From Candidatus Korarchaeum cryptofilum OPF8 (GTDB taxonomy: Archaea > Korarchaeota > Korarchaeia > Korarchaeales > Korarchaeaceae): a stretch of 32,000 bases of DNA. Below, piece by piece: positions 1 to 7,130 of this stretch (within the stretch, counting starts at the first letter, position 1; the number at the start of each line of letters is the position of its first letter). The position numbers and the translations under genes were made by a program. The stretch lies in the NCBI RefSeq assembly GCF_000019605.1, contig NC_010482.1, forward strand, positions 1,140,001 through 1,172,000, given 5' to 3'. The notes beneath the pieces were generated by a model that saw nothing but the letters and a program-made list of their open reading frames with translations, made no database searches and was not told the DNA's origin.

Positions 1-884
1 GCAAGAAAGTGCTGGCTGCTGTTAGCGGAGGTGTGGATTCCACGGTCTCCACCCTTCTGGCCAGTAGAGTAGCGGGGGACAAAGTCGTTCCCGTCTTCGT
101 TAACCATGGCCTGCTCAGGAAGGGTGAGGCTGAGAGCGTCCTCTCTTCCCTTAAGAGTATAGGGATCGATGTTATTTACGTGGATGCCTCTGAGGAGTTC
201 CTCAGTTCGCTAAAAGGAATCAAAGATTGTGAGAAGAAGAGGGAAATAATAGGAGAAATTTTTGCTAGAATATTCTCGGAGATCTCGGAGAGGGAGGGGT
301 GCGATTGCCTCCTCCAGGGAACGCTATATCCGGATGTTGTGGAGAGCGGGGCAGAGATAGGAGCTGATAGGATAAAGAGCCATCATAACGTTGCAGGTCT
401 CCCGCCTTGGTTCAAGGGGAGAGTCTTAGAGCCTTTGAGATACCTCTATAAGGATGAGGTCAGAAAGCTCGCTAAGTACTTGGGAATACCGGAGGAGATC
501 GTGAATAAGCACCCATTCCCCGGTCCCGGACTTGCGGTTAGGGTGATAGGTGAGGTTACTGAGGAGAAGCTTGAGATAGTTAGGGAGGCATCCAGCATAG
601 TTGAGGAGGTGCTTAGGAAAAGAGGTCTATATGATAAGGTTTGGCAAGCCTTTTCCGTAGTTGGAGATGACAGATGGGTGGGGATCAAGGGAGATTCTAG
701 AGTCGATGGGTATATAGTGACCGTGAGGATCGTGGAGAGCGAGGATGCGATGACAGCGGATTGGTTCGCTTTGGATAGGGAGATCATGGAGGAAATATCC
801 AAGAGGATTTCCTCTATTCCACGAGTCTCCATGGTAACGTATGCAATAACGACGAAACCCCCCAGCACTATCGAGCCCTGTTGA
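1..884 (+). CDS. guaA: GMP synthase (glutamine-hydrolysing) subunit B, ATP-pyrophosphatase part; 5' end cut by window edge
   Basis: The frame is open to the window start. It has the PP-loop SGGVDS (LAAVSGGVDSTV), KSHHNVAGLP and a C-terminal dimerisation region ending PPSTIEPC. A stand-alone B subunit is the archaeal split arrangement. Confidence 0.9.
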   Translation, partial: KKVLAAVSGGVDSTVSTLLASRVAGDKVVPVFVNHGLLRKGEAESVLSSLKSIGIDVIYVDASEEFLSSLKGIKDCEKKREIIGEIFARIFSEISEREGCDCLLQGTLYPDVVESGAEIGADRIKSHHNVAGLPPWFKGRVLEPLRYLYKDEVRKLAKYLGIPEEIVNKHPFPGPGLAVRVIGEVTEEKLEIVREASSIVEEVLRKRGLYDKVWQAFSVVGDDRWVGIKGDSRVDGYIVTVRIVESEDAMTADWFALDREIMEEISKRISSIPRVSMVTYAITTKPPSTIEPC

Positions 885-888
885 ACTG

Positions 889-1212
889 TCACTCCACTTC
901 TATCTGATCACTTGGTATACCCCACTTCTCCATGAGCAATTTAGCGACTTTATGCCTATGATCCCCTTGAAGAAGGACATATCCGTCCTTGTATGTTCCT
1001 CCGCATGCCAGAATTCTCTTGGTTTCCTTGAGGAAGTTCCATATGTTCTCGTCTGAGAACGGTAGGTTCTCTATTATTGTGACGTCCTTCCCCTTCCTTC
1101 TCTCGTATCTTATCTTAACTGGTCTGAGTTCCTTCTCGACCTCCTCCCAGGCGAAAAGCTCGACTGGGAGCCCGGTAATGGGATCTCTAACCCTCTCCTC
1201 GAACGCGACCAT
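889..1212 (-). CDS. sui1: Translation initiation factor SUI1/aIF1
   Basis: 107 aa with the typical SUI1 core (VKIRYERRKGKDVTIIENL ... LKETKRILACGGTYKDGYVLLQGDHRHKV). A TATA-like TTTTTAAATAAG lies about 30 nt upstream of the ATG. Confidence 0.9.
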   Translation of the reverse strand: MVAFEERVRDPITGLPVELFAWEEVEKELRPVKIRYERRKGKDVTIIENLPFSDENIWNFLKETKRILACGGTYKDGYVLLQGDHRHKVAKLLMEKWGIPSDQIEVE

Positions 1213-1514
1213 CCTAGCTTATAGATCGATGTACTTATTTAAAAAGATTAGGGCCTCGCATGATCCACTCGTTGTCCGGAAGTTATGCTTTAGTGATTCG
1301 ATAGAATTTAACAGCGGCTTCATATTCTCTAAAGACCCTCTTAGCTCGAGCTATTCGCGGAATCAGCCCCTGATAGATCCCAAGAAAGTCTAGCTCCTAG
1401 TTTCCATGAACATATCTAAGTTTCATTATTACTCTAAGTTTTAAGGTTTTACCTTCTTAAGGTCTCACTCTTCTTCACAATCCATGGATTAAAAATTAAG
1501 ATTTTCTTCGGGGC

Positions 1515-1919
1515 TTAGAAAAGGCTCGTTATGTTACTTGCCGATTCCATCCACCATTTGTTATATTCATCCCTCTTTTTCTCGATTTCTTCTTCTGTAT
1601 AGAACTCGAATTTAATATCTTTTGCTTTATATACCTCTAAGCTCTTGAGATCCTCGACATCCCATAATAGCGCTAGCACTTGGGACTCGAGCCAGTCCAG
1701 AGGATCTTCATCGGGTGGCGATATCTTCGATGGCCAGTTTGTTTTCCCCTCAAATCTGACATGGCATCTACCGTCCTTCCTTCTTATCTCTAGTATTCTC
1801 AAATTCTCGGATTCCTTCGCTTCTTTCCTTAAATCGATCCCAAGCCTGTTGAAGAACTCCGAACACTTCTCCTCGTTCTCGAATACGAGTTCCCCCTTGA
1901 CCCCTAGGTTGACTCCCAT
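1515..1919 (-). CDS. Hypothetical protein (134 aa, acidic, no recognised domain)
   Basis: ATG-initiated ORF with coding-like composition. It has its own TATA-like AAGTTTTTAATGG about 28 nt upstream of the ATG. Confidence 0.55.
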   Translation of the reverse strand: MGVNLGVKGELVFENEEKCSEFFNRLGIDLRKEAKESENLRILEIRRKDGRCHVRFEGKTNWPSKISPPDEDPLDWLESQVLALLWDVEDLKSLEVYKAKDIKFEFYTEEEIEKKRDEYNKWWMESASNITSLF

Positions 1920-2017
1920 AAGGCTTCGGGATCTAACCCATTAAAAACTTAAGTGATTCAATTGACCCACAATCGAGATCGAGGGAATAGATGTTAATAG
2001 ATGGTATCGCTACACAA

Positions 2018-2218
2018 TTACCTCCTAAAATCAGAGATGGACTGAGAGATGAAATCCTCAAAAGCGAATTTCACCCTCTCGGCATTCTTACTCCTAATAA
2101 AACCCAAAAGGGCGGCCTTTATGGCTTCCGACCTGCTCTTAAAATTACCCTCCATTACGAGGGCATCTATCGCCTTTATCAACTCCTCATCGACTGTCAA
2201 TACTATCTGTTGGGCCAT
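2018..2218 (-). CDS. Ribbon-helix-helix (CopG/MetJ-like) DNA-binding protein
   Basis: 66 aa. The N-terminal beta-strand plus two helices pattern IVLTVDEELIKAIDALV...SRSEAIKAALLGFI is typical of the RHH fold. Confidence 0.6.
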   Translation of the reverse strand: MAQQIVLTVDEELIKAIDALVMEGNFKSRSEAIKAALLGFIRSKNAERVKFAFEDFISQSISDFRR

Positions 2219-2362
2219 GCGATCACCTAAGTCCTAGACCACTCACCTTATTTAAGCTGTTATTGCGAGCATGTAAATCGTCAATAGCCTAATAGGTGTC
2301 TAGGCTCCGAAAAATATGTTAACCGATAATTTATTAAGAGAAGCTCGCTGAGGATCCGGATA

Positions 2363-2608
2363 GTGGTCGATATGCTAGAGGCATTCATTGCCGTTAGTGT
2401 CAGACCCTCTAATACTGCCGAACTTAAGAAGACTTTCTCGGCTAGTGATAAGGTTAAGGAAGTGTTCTACGTGACCGGAGAATTCGATTTCCTCATGAGA
2501 GTTGAAGCCGCGAACACGTTTGAGTTGGCTAGGATAATAGAGATCTTGAGGAGTCAGGAGGGCGTGGAGAATACGGTAACTTTCATAGTTCTGGAGAAGT
2601 TGAAGTGA
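2363..2608 (+). CDS. Stand-alone Lrp/AsnC-type ligand-binding (RAM) domain protein
   Basis: 81 aa with no HTH and a beta-alpha-beta-beta-alpha-beta pattern (AFIAVSVRP...VKEVFYVTGEFDFLMRVEA...LEKL). GTG at 2363 or ATG at 2372 could be the start. The stop overlaps the next gene start (GTGA). Confidence 0.7.
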   Translation: MVDMLEAFIAVSVRPSNTAELKKTFSASDKVKEVFYVTGEFDFLMRVEAANTFELARIIEILRSQEGVENTVTFIVLEKLK

Positions 2609-3117
2609 GTATCAAGATATACGTGCTCAGGCTGAGCCACGATGACCCTAGGAAAGCCACTGGGGCCAAGCTCCTTAGGCTGAAGCTAGCGGAGAGATAT
2701 AGAAAGTCTAGGGGATCTATCGTATTGAACCCATTTTCTAGGGTATACCTATCACCAGCCGATAGAGGTGCAAGAGCATTGGTTGCCGTTGATGCCTCTT
2801 GGAGGAGGATCGAGGAAGTCAGATGGCCAGCCGGTCTCCAGAGAAGACTCCCCTTTTTAGTAGCGGCTAACCCGATAAACTACGGAATCCCGGAGTACCT
2901 CTCGACCGTCGAGGCCCTGGCCTCAGCTCTCATAATCTTAGGTTATTGGGATCTCTCATTGAGAATTTTAAACCCATTCAAATGGGGAGAGGAGTTCCTG
3001 AGGATAAATGAAGATAGACTCAAGGCTTACGCGAGATCTAGCTGTGAGGAGGAGGTAAGAGCTCTTAGCGAGAAGTTCAGGCGGGAGTTAGAGGATCATC
3101 CTCCTGTAGCTCCCTAA
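2605..3117 (+). CDS. tsr3: Tsr3-type 16S/18S rRNA aminocarboxypropyltransferase (DUF367)
   Basis: IYVLRLSHDDPRKATGAKLLRL, VDASW, LVAANPINYGIPEYLSTVEALASALIILG are hallmark Tsr3 blocks. GTG start. Confidence 0.85.
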   Translation: MSIKIYVLRLSHDDPRKATGAKLLRLKLAERYRKSRGSIVLNPFSRVYLSPADRGARALVAVDASWRRIEEVRWPAGLQRRLPFLVAANPINYGIPEYLSTVEALASALIILGYWDLSLRILNPFKWGEEFLRINEDRLKAYARSSCEEEVRALSEKFRRELEDHPPVAP

Positions 3118-3903
3118 GATCTTGATCCAAATAGTCAACTCCTCTAGCTCGCGTATGGCCTCTCTCACAGCATATTCATTTATGGAACCTTCGAACTCCA
3201 CATAGAAGGAGTAGTTCCATGGTTCCCCCTTAATTGGCCTCGATTCTAGCCAAAGTAGATTTATGTTTCTCCGGGCGAATGCTCCAAGAGCTCTCCAGAG
3301 GGAACCGGGCTTATGACTTGTCGCGAAGAATGCAGCTGTTGTATCGGCATCCTCACTTATTTGATCCCTCAGTGAGATGACGAAGAACCTAGTTATGTTC
3401 AGGGGGATATCCTGAATGTCCCTGGCAAGTATCTTGAGACCGTAGATTGAGGCAGCTCTCTCGCTCGCTATAGCAGCTAAGCTCGCATCATTCGCATCAG
3501 CCACTATTCTAGCAGCTCCTGCTGTATCCAAGCTAGGGACCACGATCCAGTTCTTCCCCTTCAAAAATTTCTCGCATTGAGCTATAGCCTCGGGATGGGA
3601 ATACACCACCTTCACGTCCTCAATTCTACCTTTAACGCTCATGAGCGCATGCGAAACCTTCACCTTAACTTCTCCAATTACCCTGACATCCCTCTCGAGT
3701 AATAGATCGAGGGATTTCCTTATACTACCGGTCGTAGAATTCTCTACGGGGATTACACCATAATCAGCTTCACCGGATTGAACGGAGTCGAAAACCTCAT
3801 CCAAGTGGTCTTTAGTTAATAATTCGAAATCAAGGGATTTGAAGTAGATGCGAGCGGCTTCCTCGCTATAAGATCCCCTCTCCCCTTGAATTGCGACCCT
3901 CAT
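3088..3903 (-). CDS. pheA: Prephenate dehydratase
   Basis: RVAIQGERGSYSEEAA N-terminus, the NITRFFVIS (TRF) motif and an ACT domain with LESRPIKGEPWNYSFYVEFEG (ESRP). Confidence 0.9.
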   Translation of the reverse strand: MRVAIQGERGSYSEEAARIYFKSLDFELLTKDHLDEVFDSVQSGEADYGVIPVENSTTGSIRKSLDLLLERDVRVIGEVKVKVSHALMSVKGRIEDVKVVYSHPEAIAQCEKFLKGKNWIVVPSLDTAGAARIVADANDASLAAIASERAASIYGLKILARDIQDIPLNITRFFVISLRDQISEDADTTAAFFATSHKPGSLWRALGAFARRNINLLWLESRPIKGEPWNYSFYVEFEGSINEYAVREAIRELEELTIWIKILGSYRRMIL

Positions 3904-3937
3904 TCAAGGGACGTGATAATAAGCAAGAAAAATTTTG

Positions 3938-3951
3938 CCGTTTTAAAACGG
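3938..3951. promoter_or_regulatory. Perfect 14-bp palindrome CCGTTTTAAAACGG in the pheA / PurM-like divergent spacer
   Basis: Read directly. It is centred about 41 nt upstream of the pheA ATG and immediately distal to a TATA-like AAAATTTTT at about 3925-3936. Confidence 0.3.
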
Positions 3952-4051
3952 TCGCAGACCCCGGGGGTCAGCTGGTCCCGAGCATCTCAGTCTTCTGGGA
4001 GTTGAGGGAGGAATTACTTAATTCTTTAAAGTTCCATCGGATCCTGAGAAG

Positions 4052-4933
4052 GTGAAGAACTTGCGCTTCCATGAGCTCATGAATTCACTGAAGGGTAATT
4101 CGGGGAGCCTCGATGAAACGATTCTACCGGAGCTGAATCTGGCTCTCGAGGGGTCTCAAGGATCTTATAGAGTTTATACTACAGAAGTGATTACCGGAAT
4201 TCCTCCCTCGGATATTGGATCCATATCGTTCCATCTTCCGGCCTCAAAGATTTCCGCATTGGGGGCGGATCCTAAGTTCGCCTTCGGAAGCTTCTTCATA
4301 CCGGAGGGCCATCGTGGGGTAGTCGAGGATTTCGAGAGGGAAGCTCGCAGATATGGTTCAAGGACCGGGAGCAAAATAGTTCGTGGACGAAGGGCCCTTG
4401 CAATCGTATCCATGAGGGGGGAAGCCAGGGAGATAATATTACCAACTAACGTTAAGATCGGTGATTATATAGCTCTAATTGGTGTCCCAGGAGCTGAATT
4501 TCTCTACCTGATCTCGAACAAGAAACCGGAACTGTTCAAGAGGCTTGGAATGGAAGATAGTATTTGGAGGTGGAAGCGAGCCCTCTGGATGCTCACTTGC
4601 ATAGATGCCGTGAGGACGCTCCTCACGATATCTAGGGTGAACGGGCTCTTATGCGTCGATAGCAGAGGGATCCTAGAATCCCTGAATAAACTTGCGGATA
4701 TATCAGGGACCGGTTTCATCATCTCAAGGAATAGGATCATATTCCCTCCAGAATTAATGAGAATCGCAACACAAATGGATTTAGATCCGTTGGAGCTCCC
4801 CAGCTCCGGCGTGACACTAGCAGCAATTCCTAAGCATGTGCAAGTGAATCAGATAGGTGAGATCCTTGAGATACATGGATACTGGGTAAGCTTCATAGGG
4901 AATATAGCCCGGGAAGTCAGAGTTATCTCCTGA
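4052..4933 (+). CDS. AIR-synthase-related (PurM/ThiL/HypE-fold) protein, divergent
   Basis: The N-domain-like SKISALGADPKFAFGSFFIPEG resembles the sDiaAmGA.P block, with K replacing the usual D. The C-domain-like blocks are IKIGDYIALIGVPG, CVDSRGILESLNKLADISGTGFII and a terminal IGNIAREVRVIS. GTG start (ATG alternative at 4079). The family call is tentative. Confidence 0.5.
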   Translation: MKNLRFHELMNSLKGNSGSLDETILPELNLALEGSQGSYRVYTTEVITGIPPSDIGSISFHLPASKISALGADPKFAFGSFFIPEGHRGVVEDFEREARRYGSRTGSKIVRGRRALAIVSMRGEAREIILPTNVKIGDYIALIGVPGAEFLYLISNKKPELFKRLGMEDSIWRWKRALWMLTCIDAVRTLLTISRVNGLLCVDSRGILESLNKLADISGTGFIISRNRIIFPPELMRIATQMDLDPLELPSSGVTLAAIPKHVQVNQIGEILEIHGYWVSFIGNIAREVRVIS

Positions 4934-5286
4934 GAGGGTTCTAGGCGCTCTCTGTGACCACCTGAAGCCCCTCATTAGGGACGCTAGGGAGTTCGTGAGG
5001 GGCCAGGCAGGGGTATCTATCGCGAAGATCTACCTCCCATGGGGTTGCGTATACTTGAATGCATTGTGCGAAGCATCCGGTTACCTGGGGAAGCACCCTA
5101 AATTTCCCATGTTCTCACATTTTTTACGAAAAACATAATTTAATCTTATCTCACCGAGAAGTCTCATAAAATCCCTTCATTTTAGGAGATCCCGTATGTT
5201 AAATTTATTTGGATTTAATGTAAATGGTATATTCTAGCATTAAATAGGTCGCTCCCCTTTCAACGCATGTAGTTGCAATGCAGGGG

Positions 5287-5300
5287 AAAAATTTTTATTT
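5287..5300 (+). promoter_or_regulatory. TATA-like element of the histone gene (leaderless-type spacing)
   Basis: AAAAATTTTTATTT is centred about 28 nt upstream of the ATG at 5322. The same spacing is seen at several other genes in the window. Confidence 0.4.
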
Positions 5301-5321
5301 GAGTTCTCCTTCCTTTTATTT

Positions 5322-5546
5322 ATGCCAAGGGTTAGGTATCTGCCTCTCGCTCCCATTGGGAGGATAATAAGAGACGCTGGTGCGGAGAGGGTAAGTGACG
5401 CAGCCGTTGAGGCATTAGAGCGCTATATGGAGAAGTTTGCGCTCGAAGTGGGCAGGCAGGCTGTCAGTCTGGCCAAACACGCGAACAGGAAGACTGTATC
5501 CGGTGAGGATATAGATCTCGCGATAAAGACCGTTTGGAAGGCTTGA
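5322..5546 (+). CDS. Archaeal histone (single histone fold, HMf-like)
   Basis: 74 aa. LPLAPIGRIIRDAGAERVSDAAVEALERYMEKFALEVGRQAVSLAKHANRKTVSGEDIDLAIK matches the archaeal histone fold throughout. Confidence 0.9.
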   Translation: MPRVRYLPLAPIGRIIRDAGAERVSDAAVEALERYMEKFALEVGRQAVSLAKHANRKTVSGEDIDLAIKTVWKA

Positions 5547-5575
5547 GCTCAATCCCCTCCGCCCGACCCTCTACC

Positions 5576-5586
5576 TTTTTTTATTT
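5576..5586 (+). terminator. Oligo-T tract downstream of the histone gene
   Basis: TTTTTTTATTT lies 30 nt after the histone stop. Archaeal RNAP terminates at oligo-T. Confidence 0.45.
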
Positions 5587-5681
5587 AGTGAGCCTCTCAC
5601 TCTACCCGATGTATTCCACGGGGAAGGAGAGGTGGATGGACAAAACTTATTAGCTTTCCTCGCCTCATAAGGGGTGGTCAC

Positions 5682-7130
5682 TTGAGCTTGCGGGGGTTCT
5701 TCGAACCTGAGTCCATAGTGGTGATAGGCGCGTCGAGATCCCCTGGGAAGATAGGTTACGAGATCCTGAGGATAATGGTCGAGAATAGGGAGAGAGGGAG
5801 TTACAAGGGGAAACTTTATGCAGTGAATCCGAGATCCGATGAAATGATACTCAATGTACCGACTTATAAGAGCGTCCTAGACATCCCGGATGTACCTGAA
5901 TTAGCTATAATAGTTACTCCGGCACCAAATACACCTCAGGCCCTCGAGGAGTGCGGGAGGAAGGGTATAAGGAATGCCGTCGTTATAAGCGGGGGTTTCG
6001 CTGAGGTAGGTGGGGAGGGGGTCAAGCTACAGAATATGCTAGATGAGATAAGGAGGAGGTATGGAATCAGGGTAATTGGTCCTAATTGCGTGGGTGTAAT
6101 ATCCCCTTCAACGGGAGTGGATACACTCTTCCTTCCAATCGATAAGGAAATCCGAGGAAATAGCTACATTTCCTCCCCAAGGCCTAAGCCCGGGAGCGTA
6201 GCCTTAATCACGCAATCCGGGGCCTTCGGAGTCGCTTGCTTAGATTACATGTACGGCGAGGATATCGGATTATCAAAATTCGTGAGTTATGGTAATAAGC
6301 TTGATGTCGATGAGGTTGACGTCATAGAATACTTAAAGGACGATCCGATGACGAGAGTCATCTTAGTGTATGCTGAGTCGATAGAGAAGGGGAGGGAGTT
6401 CCTGGAGCTCGCCAGAGAGGTGACGAGGGAGAAGCCTATAGTCGTCTTAAAAGCCGGAAGGACGAGTGCAGGGGCCAGAGCTGCGAGTTCTCATACCGCT
6501 GCAATAGCTGGAAGCGACTCTATCTATGATGCTGCATTCAGGCAGGCAGGTGTGATAAGGGTTATGGATATGGAGGAGCTCTTCGATGCCGCTAAGGCTC
6601 TCTCTATGCAACCTCCAGCTGAGGGGGAGAGTATAGCTATACTGACGGATGGGGGCGGAGTCGGTGTTATGGCGGCTGATGAAACGGAAGCTGTCGGATT
6701 GAAGCTCGCTGAGTTCTCCGATTCTACGAAGGAGAAGTTGAAAGAACTTCAGAGGGCTAACGTGATTCCGCCTATAGCAGCTCTTGGAAATCCAATAGAT
6801 CTGACTGGCAGCGCTACGGATGATTCATTCGTGGGGGCTATGGAAGCTATATTGGAGGATCCGGGAGTGCATGGTGTAGTAGTCCTAGCCTTACATCACG
6901 TCCCGGGTGTGACATGGGAGCTCCCGAGGAAGCTCGCGGAAGTAGTTAAGCGTTATAAGAAGCCAGTGGTGGCGATGGATGTGGGTAGCTCACAGTATGC
7001 GGTAGAATTCAGGAAAATGTTTGAGAGGGAGGGGATACCGGCATATCCGGAGCCCGAAAGAGCTGTTAAAGCTATGAAGGCCCTTGTTCACTATGGGCTC
7101 GTGAGAAGATATCGAAGAGCCTCCCCCTAA
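5682..7130 (+). CDS. acdA: Acetate/acyl-CoA ligase (ADP-forming), alpha subunit (CoA-binding + CoA-ligase domains)
   Basis: FFEPESIVVIGASRSPGKIGYEIL, IGPNCVGV, the SGAFG block and the phosphohistidine region SSHTAAIAGS. TTG start preceded by GGGGTGG. No beta (ATP-grasp) subunit is adjacent. Confidence 0.8.
   Translation: MSLRGFFEPESIVVIGASRSPGKIGYEILRIMVENRERGSYKGKLYAVNPRSDEMILNVPTYKSVLDIPDVPELAIIVTPAPNTPQALEECGRKGIRNAVVISGGFAEVGGEGVKLQNMLDEIRRRYGIRVIGPNCVGVISPSTGVDTLFLPIDKEIRGNSYISSPRPKPGSVALITQSGAFGVACLDYMYGEDIGLSKFVSYGNKLDVDEVDVIEYLKDDPMTRVILVYAESIEKGREFLELAREVTREKPIVVLKAGRTSAGARAASSHTAAIAGSDSIYDAAFRQAGVIRVMDMEELFDAAKALSMQPPAEGESIAILTDGGGVGVMAADETEAVGLKLAEFSDSTKEKLKELQRANVIPPIAALGNPIDLTGSATDDSFVGAMEAILEDPGVHGVVVLALHHVPGVTWELPRKLAEVVKRYKKPVVAMDVGSSQYAVEFRKMFEREGIPAYPEPERAVKAMKALVHYGLVRRYRRASP

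Noticed and set aside
446-892. A 148-aa ORF antisense to guaA. Similar long antisense ORFs occur at 989-1393, 1645-1944, 20855-21238, 24053-24571, 28046-28408 and 30158-30457.
   Set aside because: All lie wholly inside well-supported genes on the other strand. Their translations have the Ser/Leu/Pro/Thr-rich, low-complexity look of antisense frames, and none has a recognisable motif.
1213-1514. The long spacers 1213-1514, 15026-15252 and 26682-26856, scanned for C/D-box sRNAs, H/ACA sRNAs and tRNA-like folds.
   Set aside because: I found only imperfect box look-alikes (ATGATCC, GTGATTC, CTGA) at wrong spacings and no convincing terminal stems. A covariance-model scan would be needed to say more.
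1515-2218. An RHH protein followed by a 134-aa unknown protein, considered as a possible toxin-antitoxin pair.
   Set aside because: The genes are separated by 98 bp, and the downstream gene has its own TATA-like element at leaderless distance. The 134-aa protein shows no toxin-like motif (PIN, RelE, HEPN, Doc). The RHH protein may simply be an orphan regulator.
4931-4933. The in-frame TGA of the PurM-like gene considered as selenocysteine or readthrough. The family includes SelD.
   Set aside because: The zero frame hits another TGA only 8 codons later (4955-4957), and there is no obvious SECIS-like hairpin. Only the +1 frame stays open, and that is reported separately.
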